Shown: one piece after another, positions 35,201 through 50,011 of the stretch
Position numbering within the stretch: the first letter of the stretch is position 1
Layout of the letters: every line of letters starts with the position of its first letter
Origin: the human T2T-CHM13v2.0 reference genome, Homo sapiens
Strand: one strand, 5' to 3'
DNA length: 64,000 nucleotides
Assembly: GCF_009914755.1 (NCBI RefSeq)
Contig: NC_060934.1
Notes under the pieces: model-generated
Told to the model about the DNA's origin: nothing
Databases searched by the model: none
What the model saw: only the letters and a program-made list of their open reading frames with translations
Program-made: the position numbers and the translations under genes

Positions 35201-38137
35201 ATCCATAGGCTCAAAGTAAAGCAATGGAGAAAGCTCTAGCAAGAACAATAGAAAAGAAAAAAGAGCAGGGATTGTTATTGCAACTTCAGACAAAACAGAC
35301 TTTTAAACCAACAACAATCAAAAAAGACAAGAGCATTACATAATGGTATAGAGTTCAGTTCAACAAGAAGACTTAACTATCCCAAATATATATGTACCTA
35401 ATACAGCAGCACCTGGATTTATAAAGGAACTTCTTAGAGATCTACAAAGAGACTTAGATAACCACACAATAATAGTGGGAGACTTCAACACCCCACTGAC
35501 AATATTAGATGATTGAGGAAGAAACTAACAAAGATACATGGGACCTGAACTTGTCATTTGACCAAATGGACCTAACAGATATCTGCAGAACTCTCCACCC
35601 CAAAACAACAGAATACACATTCTTCTGAACTGTACATGACACATACTTTAAGATCGACCACATAATCATAAAACAATTCTCAGCAAACTTTTAAAAAATG
35701 AATTCATATCAACCACCATTGCACAATAAAAATAGAAATCCATACTGAGAAAACCACTCAAAAGCATACAATTATAAGGAAATTAAAACAGTCTGCTGCT
35801 GAATGACTTTTGGGTAAGCAGTGAAATTAAAGCAGAAATCAAGAAATGTATCGAAACTAATGAGAACAAAGATAAAACATACCAGAATCTCTGGGACCCA
35901 GCACTGTGAAAGGAAATTTTATAAATCTAAATGCCTACATCAAAAATGTTAGATCTCAAGTAAACATAATATCACACCTAGAAAATCTACAGAAACAAGC
36001 ACAAACTAACCCCAAAGCTAGCAGAAGACAAGAAATAACCAAAATCGGAGTTGAACTGAAAGAGTTCCATCCCAAGATGGAACCAGGAAGAAATGGAAAC
36101 CCTAAACAGACCAATAATGAGCTCTGAAATTGAATCAGTAAGAAACAGCTTACCAACCCCAAAAAAAGCCCAGAACCAAGTGGATTCACGGCCGAATTCT
36201 ACCAGATGTACAAAGAGCTGGCACCATTTCTACTGAAACTATTCCAAAAAATTGAAGAGGAGGGACTCTTCCCTAATTCATTTTGTGAGGCCAGCATCAT
36301 CTTGATATCATCTTTTCTGTGTGGCAGAGACACACACACACGCACGCACACACACACAGACACACACGCACACACACAAAGAAAACCTCAGGCCAATATT
36401 CCTGATGAAAATTGATGCAAAAACCCCTGCAAAATACTAGCAAACTGAATCTAAAAGCACATCAACAAGCTAATCCACCATGATCAAGTAACCATTATCC
36501 CTAGGATGCAAGGTTGGTTCATCCTACACATATCAATAAATGTGATTCATCAGGTAACAGAACTAAACACAAAAACCACATGATTATCTCAATAGATGCA
36601 GAAAAGGCTTTTGATAAAATTCAGCTTCCCTGCATGTTAAAAACCCTCCACAACTAGGCATTGAAGGAACATGCCTCAAAATAATAGGAATCGTCTGTGA
36701 CAAACCCACAGCCAACATCATACTGAATGAGCAAAAGCTACAAGTCTTCCTCTTGACAACAGCACAAGACAAGGATGCCCACTCTTAGCACTCCTATTCA
36801 ACATAGTACTGGGAGTCTTAGCCAGAGCAGTTGGGCAAGAGAAAGAAATAGAAGGCACCAAAATAGGACGAGAGGAAGTCAAATCTTTGCAGATGTTATT
36901 ATTCTATACCTAGAAAACCCCAGACCCTCTGCCCAAAAGCTCCTAGACATGAAGAACAATTTCAGCAAAGTTTCTGAATGCAAAATCAATATATAAAAAT
37001 CAGTAGCATTTCTATACACCAACATCTAAGCAGAGAGCCAAATCAAGAACGCAATTCCACTCACAATAGCCACAAAAAGAATAAAATACCTGTGAGTATT
37101 GCTAACCAGTGAGGTAAGAGAGCATTAACAATGAGAATTACAAAACACTGCTCCAAAAAATTACAGATGAACAAACAAATGGTAAAACATTCCATGCTCA
37201 AGGACAGGAAGAATCAATATCATTAAAGTGGCCATACTGCCCAAAGCAATTTACAGTTGCAGTGCTATTGCAATCAAACTACCAATGGCATTCTTCACAG
37301 AATTAGGAAAAAACTATTTTAAAATTCATATGAAACTAGAAAAGAGTTTGATTAGCCAAGGCAATCCTTAAAAAAGATAACAAAGCTGGAGGCATCACAT
37401 TACCTGGCTTCAAACTATGCTACAAGCCACAGCAACCAAAACACCATGGTACTGGTTCAGAAACAGACACATAGACCAATGGAACAGAATAGAGAGCCTA
37501 GAACTGATGACACACACCCATAACCATCTGATCTTTGACAAAGTCCACAAAATAATAGGGAAAAGATTATCTGTTCAATAAATAGTGCTGGGATAACTCG
37601 CTTGCTATATGTAAAAGATTGAAAGTGGACCCATTTCTTTCACAATATACAAAAATCAACTCAAGACAAATTAAAGACTTTAATGTAAAAACTGAAAGTA
37701 TAAAAAGCCTGGAAGATAACCTAGGAAATATCATTCTGGACATAGGCCCTAGCAAAGATTTCATGAAAAAGATGCCAAAAGCAATTGCGACAAAAACAAA
37801 AATTGATGAATGTGACCTAATTAAACTGAAGAGCTTCTGCATAGCAAAAGAAACTATCAACACAGTAAGTAGACAACCTGCAGAATAGGAGAAAATATTT
37901 GCAAACTATGCATCCAACAGAGGTCTAATATCCAGAATCTATAAAAAACTGAAATAATAAGCAAAAGCAAACGACTTCATTAAAAAGTGGGCAAAGAACA
38001 TGAGCAGACACTTCAAAAGAAGACATACATGTGTCCAACCAGCATATGAAGAAATGTTCAGCATTACTGATCATTAGAGAATTGCAAATCAAAACCACAG
38101 TGACATAACATCTCACACCAGTCAGAATGGCTGTTAC
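32280..38137 (+). mobile_element. Older L1PA13-16/L1PB-type LINE-1 with GC-rich 5'UTR; 3' end missing
   Basis: 5' ccaagatggccaactagatgcagccagg; ORF1 fragment 33802..34074; ORF2 fragments to 38137; (CA)n at ~36330-36378. Confidence 0.85.
34108..34313 (+). mobile_element. 5'-truncated AluJ inside L1 ORF1
   Basis: ccccatctctacaaaaa...ttgagcccaggaattc...poly(A). Confidence 0.85.
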
Positions 38138-38877
38138 AGATATTGAGATTATGAACATGAGACTGTCTAAAATACCTTTGATACCAAATAAATTTTTAGA
38201 AGTAGAGAAATTAATAGATTAAACAGCAGATTGGAGACTGCTGGAAAAAGAATTAGTAAACTGGAAGGTAGAAGTGAAGAAGAAATTTCTCAGAGTAGAA
38301 CTCAGGGAAAAAGAGATAAACTATAAAAATAATAAAGATGTATAGAGGTTAGAATAAGAAAGACTAAACTTCATTGTATTTGGAGTCTAAAAATTATGGC
38401 ACAGAAAGAATGGGGGTGTATATTTAATACCTGGGAGTTTCCCATAACTGATGTAAGACGTGAATCCACAAATAACAGGGGAAACAAAATATATACTAAG
38501 CAAGATAAAAGACATGCAGACAAAGTAGTGAAATTGGAACATCGTAATAAAGATACCTTATAAGTAATCAAAGGGAAAAGACAAATCATTCATAAAGGAA
38601 AATTATTTGGCTGTCAGCAGACTGCTCCACAGCAATCTGGGAGCCAAAAACCTGAAGTAATATTTTCAAAATACTAAAAGAAAAGAATATAAACATTGAT
38701 TGATGTAGCCGGAGAAACTGACTTTCAAGAATGAGGGTGACTTAAAGATATTTAAAATAAACAAAAACTGCCTTTACCACCAACAGACGTATACTTAAAC
38801 TTTAAAAGATATATTTTAGAGAGAAGAGGAAGGATCTGAGATATAAGAAAGAATGATGAAAAAGAAATTCATAAATA

Positions 38878-39302
38878 CAGTTGACCCTTACACATCATGG
38901 GTTTGAACTGCATGAGTTCACTCACACACAGATTTTATTCCGCCTCTGCCATGTCTGAGACAGGAAGACCAACTCCTCCTCTTCAGCCTCCTCCTTAGCC
39001 TACTTAATGTGAAGATAAAGAGGATAAAGACCTTTATGATAATTGCTTCCACTTAATAAACAGTAGATATATTTTCTCGTGATTTTCTTAATAACATTAT
39101 CTTTTCTCTATTTTATAAGAATTCAGTGTATAATACATAATACATATAAAATATGTGTTAATAAACTATATTATTGGTGAGGTTCTGATCAACAGTAGGC
39201 TATTGATAGTTAAGTTTTGGGGGAGTCAAAAGTTATACATGGATTTTTCTACTGCATTGGGGGTCAGCATTCCTAACTCTCATGTTGTTCAAGGGTCAAC
39301 TG
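38878..39302. mobile_element. Tigger2a-like element, opposite orientation to the copy at 28403
   Basis: TA|cagttgaccc...gggtcaactg|TA. Confidence 0.85.
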
Positions 39303-39974
39303 TATTTATGTGTCACCCTAAAAAATGCCTGCATAAAATTGATGTCTAATGTGTGTAATTAAGAAGAAAAAGCCAAAAGATGGGAGAATAACAACACATA
39401 AGTAGAGGAAGCTTATTGGAATTAAAAGTATTCTAAGATGCTCTAAAGAAAGAGTAGAATATTAACTTTAGGCTTGTTAACTATGAATAATAAGAAATCA
39501 AAAGTAACCTCTAAAACAGTGCAAGTGGAGCAAATAACTTTCTTAACTGGAGAGTAGGGGAATGGGAAAAAGAAGCATTAAAAAGTGAGTTGAATGAAAA
39601 CAAAAAATAAGATTGCAGAAACAAGTCCAAATATAGGAATAAGTAATTGAATAACGAATATAAATGCACTAAACTCACTGGTTAGAAGAGACTATCACTT
39701 TAGATTTTTAAAAATTATATTCCATGCTAAGCACAAGAGATACCTAAAAAGGTTGAAAGTAAGGGTATATAGAATATATACCAGACACCTTCTAAACCAA
39801 AGGAAGTTGAAATCGTTGTTACTAACTTCAGAAGATATGGCCTTTAGGAAAGTAAATACTACAGATGATCAGATGAGGGAGAAATCACTGGAATTGGGAA
39901 GGTTATACAGAAGAGGTTGATTTTTATTTGCATCTTGGAAGGATTCAACTTAAGTATGCAAAGAGTTGAGCAGT

Positions 39975-41040
39975 TAGTCAGTGAGTATGTATTGTCTTGG
40001 TGTTGGAGATACAGTGTTAAACAAAAATGCATGTCATATACAGCTCTAAGTAGCTTATATTCTAATTTCTATTGGGGGCAGGTTACAGATAGAAAATAAA
40101 TGTGAAAACAAATGTGAAGAAAGATAATTTCAGATACTGATAAGTGCTTCGAGAAGATAGGGCAATGTAATAAGAAGTGATTAGTGGTTGCTTTTAGCTA
40201 GGAAGCTCAGGGAGGGCCTCTGTAAGGCAACAATTGAGGTCTTAATGATGAAAATAACTGAAACCATGAGAAGATCTGTGAGAGCAGCGCACTAACAGAA
40301 GTGACAGCTAATAAAAAGGCCCTGAGAAGGGAACACAATTGGCAAATTCAGAAATAAGGCTTGTGAGACTAAAGCTTGGTGAATTTGGGAGAAAGGAGAA
40401 GACTAGGTTGGTAAGAGATGAGACTGCATATGACCATGCAAGTTTAATTGTATGGTAATGGAAAGTCATTGAGTGTTTTCGGCAGGGATCATTTATAGTT
40501 AAGAAAGATCTCTCTAGATGCTTAGCAGAAAATGGTCTGTAGTGTGTCAAGAGAAAGGAGTTAGGAAGGCCTTGTAGTAGTTGAAGCAAAAGTTGATATT
40601 TGGATTAGCAATTTTGGCAATGAAAATAGAAATGTTCAGACTCATATATTATGGAGTAGAGCTAGTAAAACTTCCAGTACATTGGATGTGGCACTCAAAG
40701 GCAAGAAAGACAGGAAACTGAGTGGATGCTGTTGCCATTTAATTAGATGGATAAGGCATTCGTGAAGGAGAGATCAAAGTGTTTAAAAAAGAAGAGTATT
40801 CCACCTTGTCAGATGTTGCTGAGACATTTTGTAAGGTTTGGACAGAGAATTGACCATTGTCTTTCATAAGCTATAGATAATTGATGACTTTAATAAGAGT
40901 CTAGTAAGACTTTAATATGCCTATTTGGAATGAGTTGACAATGAGAAGAGATAGTACAGATAATTCTTGAGAGCTTTCACTATGAAGGGAAGCAGAGAAA
41001 TGAGGCGGTAGCTAGAAGATGGCCCAAACGAGATGTTTTA
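39975..41040. mobile_element. L2 LINE remnants
   Basis: Degenerate L2 3' motifs (cagggagggcctct, tggaaagtcattgag); boundaries approximate. Confidence 0.6.
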
Positions 41041-41051
41041 AATAAAGTCAA

Positions 41052-41430
41052 TACATCAGTCAGGGTCCTGGTAGTAAACAGACAACACACTCAAATTGGT
41101 AAATTGGGTTATTTACAAAGTTGTTAGCAGAGTAAGTGAGACCATAAGGACAGCATAGTGCCCAGGGGAGAATCTAGAGATGAACTGTGGGTGAGAGGGC
41201 TGCTTTACAGGAGATGGGACTTTCACTCTAGGGACACAGCCGACCCATGACAACCATCCCATGGTGACCCTGGAGGTGGGGACCTGAGGGAACAAATACC
41301 CCAACTTCACTCTCTTTTCTTTTCTGCTAGTGCTTTCTATTAGCTGAGCCCAATAAGAAGGCAAAGGAGTCTAGTTGATACAGTCCTTCAGAATTGGCCT
41401 CTGAGGGCATAGAGCAAAGTGGAGAAGAAC
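41052..41430. mobile_element. MLT1-type LTR
   Basis: tcagtcagggtcc...aaacagacaacacactcaaa...gcctctgagggcatagagca. Confidence 0.55.
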
Positions 41431-41676
41431 AGCAAATCAGTGCCAGTGATGTTAGTCTGCGTTGTTATACTGATAGGAATGTTTTAGTAGAGAGGGAGAA
41501 ACGGATGATACAGGAGAGATAAGGAAAAACTTTAATAACCATGTCCTTGACAAGATTATGAGAGGGGATGGGATGTAGGACTCAAATGAAGGGATTGACC
41601 TTGGTCAAGTGCAGTTGCAGGCAAATTGGTAGAATTTACATAGGGACAGTGAATCTGTTATCTGGGTGCATCTGAG

Positions 41677-42590
<914 letters not shown>

Positions 42591-43556
42591 TAGCAAGGTC
42601 ATAGCTAGGAATGATGCTGGGAAGGAGGTGTTATAGATTTGAGGAATAAGAAGGTTTGAAATATAGTTGTCTTGAAGTGTAGAGAAGTAAGTGAACTATA
42701 GAAATGTTGTGGGACTGTCAGTGGTATTGAGTGTCCTTTTGAGATTTGTGGTCATAAACTTAAAGTATGTCCAGTCAGCACATTTGTTTGGTTTTTCTCC
42801 TGCAGCTTTTGTTGCTCAGGGGCAAACACTAAGTGGTTGAGCAGGGATACTCTCTGGGTGTGCGGGGTTACTGTAAGCAGAGGAAGAGAAAGGAATGCTA
42901 TATTAAATATATATACGTATATGTGTATATGACATAAGAGCTAGGCTGAATGAGTGCTGATAGACATGTCTTGGAAGTAATGGTTGTGGTTTTAAATAAA
43001 AGCATAATATATGTGTATTGGCATTTGCCTCTTTCATGTAACATGACACAAATTTTACTGATTATTTGAAGTTTCTTGTTAATGAAGCTTCTATTCTCTT
43101 ATAAACTAAAGTATTATCTAAATGTATTTTATTTTCATTTATTCTTGGGATGTTTGATAGTAAATAAGATTTTTAGTATTTGGATTATTAAACTAGAATG
43201 GTAATATTATGTTAATAAACATGTTACGCTTGGATTCTTGTTCATTACTCTGTCCTGTCGGGTCAAGGAAAGTGAAATTGTTTTCCAGTTATATAAAAAT
43301 TCTGTTGGTCATCAACCACCACCATATATGTTTGTGCATGTTGTATGCTACACATACCAGGGATACTCTTACTGTAATCTTATGTCATTGATGCTCTCTA
43401 GAGTTCTTAAATGTAAAATCAGTACTACTATAAGTGTCAGTCCTGAGTCATCAAGTCTGATTTTAACTATTGAAACAGATCTGTAAATATAATTAACATA
43501 TAAACGTCACCTAATTTGGTAATCCTAATTACCTTACTGTTTTCTTTTGCCTACAG

Positions 43557-43621
43557 CCTCAAGACGTTCAGAAGACAGTATTAAAGGGAATCATTAACAG
43601 CCTGTTACGAGAATGGAAAGG
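43557..43621 (+). CDS. HECTD2: HECTD2 exon 6: PQDVQKTVLKGIINSLLREWK(G)
   Basis: polypyrimidine tract plus ctacag acceptor, gtaaac donor; 65 bp. Confidence 0.95.
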
Positions 43622-44370
43622 GTAAACTAATATTTTCAATATTTAGCTAATCAGTATAGATGTCTAACTTACACATCATATATCTTTAACACATGTGTAT
43701 GTATTTTACTCTCAGAAAAGATTTTAGTTGAGTTATAATAACATAGATGAGAAAAGAATTATAAGCCATTTACAACAAAGCTGTATAACTTGAGATTTGT
43801 GACCTCTCAGTAGGATCTATAGATGGGCATAAAAAGATCTGTGAATTCTTTTAAATTGTATGTAAAGTTTTTTCTATGCAGATATATATGCTTAACAAAA
43901 ATGGAATGGGTACTTACATCAGTAACCTAACTGAAATAATGAGCATTAAATTTAGCCTTGGGCTTCCTGGTAGCCAGAGTGAAATTTTTCTTATTTCTAT
44001 TATAGGGACGCCTAAGGCCAGCTACTAAAATATTTTTTTCTCTCAGAACTAAATATTAGATTCTTATATAAGGAATCATGGGCAATTTAATTGGTAATGT
44101 TTTGAACCATGAATATGCATAATATAAAAATGTACTTTTAAAAATACATATTTAAATTTATATTAAAAGTATATTATTTAAATAATAACTTCCATTAAAG
44201 CCAAAGGAATGCCAAGTCTAGTTTAAAAGTAATACCTAAGTAGAATTCTTAAATGTAATGTTACATGTACCATATATATTTTAATAATATTTTAATTGTT
44301 CTGATTTTGAAAGAAATTCATGCTTATTATAGAAAATATAGAGAAGGCAGAGAAGTATAAAGAAGAAAGT

Positions 44371-44732
44371 GTCAGTCTGGCCAACATGGTGAAACCCCAT
44401 TTCTACTAAAAATACAAAAATTAGCCAGATGTGGTTGCACCGTCCTGTAATTCCAGCTTACTCAGGAGGCTGAGGCAGGAGAGTCGTTCGAATCCTGGAG
44501 GCAGAGGTTGCAGTGAGCCAAGATCATGCCACTGCACTCCAGCCTGTTGAGCTGTTGAGAATTTCTGTCTACTGCCTTCACTTTTTATATAGCACATTCC
44601 TATTACTGGTTTTTTATATATCTCAAAGATGGTGACTGGATTTGCTTGGACACTACTATTTTAATGTATGTCTTTTTAGTTTCTATCTGTAACATAAATT
44701 TCAGAATCAATAGAGTGAGACTGTCTCAAAAA
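44371..44732 (+). mobile_element. 5'-truncated AluS carrying a 154-bp templated insertion
   Basis: Alu body 44373-44545, insert 44550-44703, tail gagtgagactgtctc-poly(A); TSD aaagaagaaagt at 44359-44370 and 44733-44744. Confidence 0.85.
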
Positions 44733-46449
44733 AAAGAAGAAAGTAAAAAATGTTTACATTTTACAGTGTTTTTCTAGTCATCTTTTAAAAACAATTAAAA
44801 TCATACTGTATAGTTTCATGTGACTTTTAACTTAATGATCTTTTTCTTAGTTTATTACTCTAGTAATCTGTTTGCATTTTCCTTCTTAAACCACACTTTT
44901 AATGTCTGACTAATAACTTAGAATAGGAATGTACTGTAATTTACCTAACCATTCTCCAAGAATGGTTGTTTATGTGAATAATTCCACAGTGAACATTTTG
45001 TACAAAAATCTTCTTTTCTGAGCATTTATGTAAAAATTTTTTTAGAAATATAATTACTGCATCAGAGTATAAACATTTTAAGACAATACATTTTGTCAGA
45101 TTTATTTACAAAGCAGTTATGATAATGTATACTTCTAACAGCAGAGGGCCTGAGACTTCATTGGTATCTTCTTTTAACAAAACTTGGCCTAATTTAATAA
45201 ATGAAAAGTGGATCTCATTTTTATGTACTTTTCCTTAATACTAATAAGCTTAACATTTTATCATTTGTTGCTATTTTTATTTATCCTTTTATAAGTTTTC
45301 CACCTACTTTTGCCATTTTTTATTGCAGATTTGCCTGATTTTCTGTTAGAAACTCTTGCTTGTTGTAAGAAAATTGACCTTTTTGTATTATATTTTCCTA
45401 TATCTCACGTTTCAGAAAATCAGTTACTAGACTCAAAAAGATGAAACCCCTGTTACATCTCAGTTAAGTGTCTGAGGACTGAAGGGTTAAGGCCAAACTG
45501 GGAGTTAGCTGCTTCCTGAATATTATAGTAAAAATATCATTAAAAAAATTCTAAGAAATCAAACCTACTCATACAATTTATTGTGCATGCCTGATAATTT
45601 ATGCAGGCATAAATGACCTTGCCAAGATTATAAAGCTCTAGGTAGGATAGGAAAGGACTTGGAGGAATAGGTGATATATACAAATAGATCTTGAGCAGGC
45701 AAGAAAGAAACACTTGTCAGCATAGAGAATGACAAAAGCTTTAATATCTGGGTTTTGTTTTTCAATCCAGGACCCAGTTAGGAATCATGAATTGCATCTG
45801 GTTGTCATAGAGGTGAACCATTTTCAATTGAAGAAGTTACTTCCAGATATCTGTGAGAATGTACCAAATAGATCTTGAGCAGGCAAGAAACACTCATTAG
45901 CCTTGAGAATAACAAAAGCTCTTGGCCAAATCTCATACTATGAGAATTCATATTAAGATGGAAAAAATTACTTACTTTTCATGATTCTTTCTGTTAGAAG
46001 CATACTGGATGTATTTAAAGTATGATTTGATTTACAGACATTTCTACATCACTTTAGGAATGAACCTAGAAACACAAGCATATTTTCTTTCTTTAATACA
46101 TAAATGTTCTTAAGTAAAGATTATCCTTTATTAAAACAAAAACATAAGTATTCTAAAATTGATGATTTTATTACACACCTAACTACTTCCAGAGTTAATC
46201 ATATTTACCTCACAAAATGTTATAGCCTAGTTAGCTCAGTCTTTAGTTATCTTCAGAATCAGCCTAGGAGAGGCACAGAAGCACTTGTATTTTCAGCATA
46301 TTATGGACTGTCTCAATAATAATGCATATTAATCCTAGTTTTTGGCTTTTCTCAACTCAGTCTTCATAGAAAAGTTTATTGGTCTTTTTCGTTAGATGCT
46401 ATGAGATTAAACATTCATCCATAATAAATTATTCTTGTTTCTTTTTCAG

Positions 46450-46495
46450 TCCACGAACAAAAGATGATCTTAGAGCATATTTTATACTTTTACAG
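46450..46495 (+). CDS. HECTD2: HECTD2 exon 7: PRTKDDLRAYFILLQ
   Basis: tttcag acceptor, gtaaga donor; 46 bp. Confidence 0.95.
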
Positions 46496-47959
46496 GTAAG
46501 AGAACCAGAACCTAGTTGAAGTTGTCTAAGTCAGATCTCAATCCCTACATGTGTATGTGAAATGATATTAAATATTAAATATCATTTTGGGCAACATTAT
46601 TGATTCTTTTTAGAATTATAGTTACCTGTAACCAGAAGATTTTTTTTAAAGTAGGATTAATAAGATTAAAAGATAAGTAAGATTTTAAAAAGTAAGAAAA
46701 ATAAGATTAAAGCCATAACAAATAAATAATCAGAAGCTAAATTACATGTGAGATTAAAATTTTGATTTAGTTCCTGCCAGAGTATTCAGGAACAAACAGA
46801 ATGGAAGCACTTCTTCCTCCTCCATTCAAACCTGTTTCTTGTAACTAGTTTTAACAGGCTTCAGGATTTTCTTTTATTTTCCCATCTAGTAGGTTTTCAC
46901 TTCACTATGTATTTTTCAATAACTTCAATTAGAATTCTTATGGAAAGATAAAAGGTTTTTTTTTAATTTGTTATAAAGCGAAGATAATGAACTTTTTCCT
47001 CTTGATAGATACAGATTAATAGATACAAAAAGAAATTAAGATCCAGACAAATGAAAAGCAATTTTTACTTTTTATTATTTTTTGAGGAAGAAATACATTA
47101 TTACCATAGCTAGCATACTATTAATACATTTGCATTATTCTTTACAATTTATAAAAGTTGTCCATGTATATTATCTCATTTAAAAGTAAGGAAAACTATA
47201 TTAAATAAGTATAGTGTTTAGTACAATATTATGATATTATAATATCAATATGTCTAATGAAAGAACATATACAGGGTAGGGATAGAGAAAGTGAGGAAAG
47301 AGGAAAAAGTGGAAAAGGGGGGAAAATGACCAAGAGGTAGTTAAGAAGAGAAATGTAAGGAGGGAAAATAGAGAAGTAAGAGGAGAAAGAGCCAAAACTC
47401 AAGAATAAACATATGTAGAGATAGTAAAAGCTAGAAAGATGACACGAAGCTCAGATTTTAGGTGAGTATATTGGTCAGCCATAAGCTCTGCTCATATTTT
47501 GTTCTTCTCAAGAGCCATTACCAGATGAAGTTATCAGCTGAGGTCAGTCCCAGATTTTGAGTTGTTCTGTCAATAAGTCAGTTTTGAAAAACACATGGTG
47601 CTCTCTTATTTTTCACAATTTCAGGAGGTTTTTTTCAATAATATTTATTTTTTCCATGATGTGCTGAAATGTACATTGTGCTAGAATTTTATATTTTGGA
47701 AACATTAACTAAAGGCTTTTCTTAGTTTACAAGTATTCCTTCAGCGTCCCTTTATCATTTAAAAGTTGTCAGAAGCTGTATGTGTTTCTCCCCTTGTTCT
47801 TTGTGATATATGAGGCTAACTCATTTTACAATGGCAAAAGTTTCACAACCAGCTTTTACTTCGTTTTTCTAGCTTTTAATCAAGGAACACCCAGGTTTTT
47901 TGCTTTTAATTGGATGATAGTGATTGGTACCATTTATGAAGGCACTTTTTATGAAGGTG

Positions 47960-48150
47960 CTTTATATACATTTTCTTTTTCGATACTCAAAACAACCCTT
48001 AAGATAGAGAATATCATTCCCATTTTACAGATAAGGACATTGAGAATCAAAGTGTAAGGAACATGCCTAAGGGCATATAGCTAGTAAGTGGTAGAATTAG
48101 CCCTCAGACCCAGATCTGTCTTAACTCCAAAGCCCATGCTCTTTTCACTG
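47960..48150 (-). mobile_element. MIR
   Basis: cccattttacagataaggacattgag...gctagtaagtggtagaa...ccaaagcccatgctctt. Confidence 0.8.
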
Positions 48151-48322
48151 TATAGCCGCAGTGTAAATGAAAGTCTCTGTTAATTAAATAACAAATAGGT
48201 TATTGTTATTTTATAATCTCAAATTTTGTTTCCTGAATTTACCACGTACTTATTAAGCTTAGTGTCTTTCCTTTTACGTGTTAACAGAATTTTAACACAA
48301 TTATCTTTAATATCTTTTTCAG

Positions 48323-48432
48323 AATCCTCAGTTTAATAACACATCTACGTATGTCATCTATGCTCACTTGCTACGACAGATAGCTACCTTAGTGGAAGCT
48401 GACCATCATTTCCTAGTTCACTGGTTTAAAAA
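48323..48432 (+). CDS. HECTD2: HECTD2 exon 8: NPQFNNTSTYVIYAHLLRQIATLVEADHHFLVHWFK(K)
   Basis: tttcag acceptor, gtaaat donor; 110 bp. Confidence 0.95.
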
Positions 48433-48989
48433 GTAAATCATTCTATGATATTAAGAACTTTTATAGTCTCACAGTTTTAAGTTTGGTATTAGTAATTTTA
48501 CAATAAAATATATTTAAATATTTTCAGGTCTTTAGAAATGATGCTTATATTCACAATGCTTCAAAAGCCAGTTACAAAAATCTACTTTAGTACTACATAA
48601 AGGATAATTAAAAATCTGTTTTTAATGTAAGTAACCAATTTGTTTGCACAAGCTGTTGAGAATTTCTGTCTACTGCCTTCACTTTTTATATAGCACATTC
48701 CTATTATTGGTTTTTTACGTATCTCAAAGATGGTGACTGGATTTGCTCAGACACTACTATTTTAATGTGTGTCTTTTTATTTTCTATCTGTAAATTCATA
48801 AATTTCACCATTATTTAAATGGCGCTTTCTCCTTACCTAAAAATGTCATTGTAAAATATAGGCTAGCCATCAATATCAATTTGTAAAAGCATAATACTTT
48901 TTTCACAGAACTATACCCACATGAACAATGACTTCTCCATGACTGATAAAAGTAGAAAGGCAAAATATTTCCAAAAGAAATTTTAAATG

Positions 48990-49615
48990 CAGTAAATTAT
49001 CATTATTCATAGTAGTTATATTCTATAATGTCACCACAAACATGGAATTAATAAATACAGAACCATTGCTTCAAGGGGAAATACAGGGTTAGGTTCCTGT
49101 GAGCCTCTGATCACATTTTTGTCAGCCAATCAGTATATAACTTTGCTTTATGAGTGTTTTTTTTAAAGACACACTTCATTTAATAGAAGTCATTGATTCA
49201 TTATCATTGAACTCACGGCTAGCAGCACTGTAACTCATGCCTGAATGAAGCTTCTCTAACATACATATTTTCTCTGTAGGGCACATCACAACCTTCTTGT
49301 TAGGAACACTAGACAGCATTTTAGCACTACACTTGGCCATTTTGAAATTGCAAAATCACCAACAAAAAGCACCAAAATGTGAAAAACATGAAGCTAAATG
49401 GATTGCATAAAGGACACTTGCAAAGAGAGAGTATTGAGCTAAAACAAGGCAGAACATCACTTTGACCTCAGCTGGAAATGTGCATGTCAGGAGACTAACA
49501 TCTTTCACATGTCCCCAAATGACCATGAAAACACAAGTATTGATTTGGGGATTAACAATTAAATTTTACCAAGTAGGCAAATTTGGAAATATAGAATCTG
49601 TGAATAATGAAGACT
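48990..49615. mobile_element. MER6-like TcMar-Tigger element
   Basis: cattattcatagtagttatattctata...aatatagaatctgtgaataatgaagactg terminal repeats. Confidence 0.65.
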
Positions 49616-49689
49616 GAATATTGAAAGTCTTTAAAATGTTTGTTACTAACTTTATAGTAATTTTGGTGTTTATTTCTCATTTAACGAAG

Positions 49690-49701
49690 ACAGTATTCAA
49701 G
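49690..49701 (+). CDS. HECTD2: Candidate alternative 12-nt microexon adding QYSR between exons 8 and 9
   Basis: tttctcatttaacgaag|ACAGTATTCAAG|gtaaga; preserves frame (AA+A CAG TAT TCA AG+A). Confidence 0.65.
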
Positions 49702-49862
49702 GTAAGATTTTGTATCTTTTCAAATGTTTGGCAATTTAAGAAATAGAATTTGGGGGAATAGTCTAAAATTTTGTGGCTTAGGATGTAGTTTAATATCTAA
49801 CAGATAATTTTGGAAATAGAAAATGTGAATTTTGATTGCAATTATTTTGAAATCTTTACCAG

Positions 49863-50011
49863 ATTGTCCCAGAAGAGGTTCAAACAATTGGTAGAGAGAT
49901 TGCTGCAATTTATTTCTTTACGCCTGTTTCCTGCAAAGCCTGAAGAATTTCCACCTATAACAAAGTGTTCCTGGTGGATTCCATCAGCCGCTAAAGTGTT
50001 GGCTTTACTTA
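49863..50011 (+). CDS. HECTD2: HECTD2 exon 9: LSQKRFKQLVERLLQFISLRLFPAKPEEFPPITKCSWWIPSAAKVLALL(N)
   Basis: taccag acceptor, gtaggt donor; 149 bp; lies within ORF 49810..50094. Confidence 0.95.
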
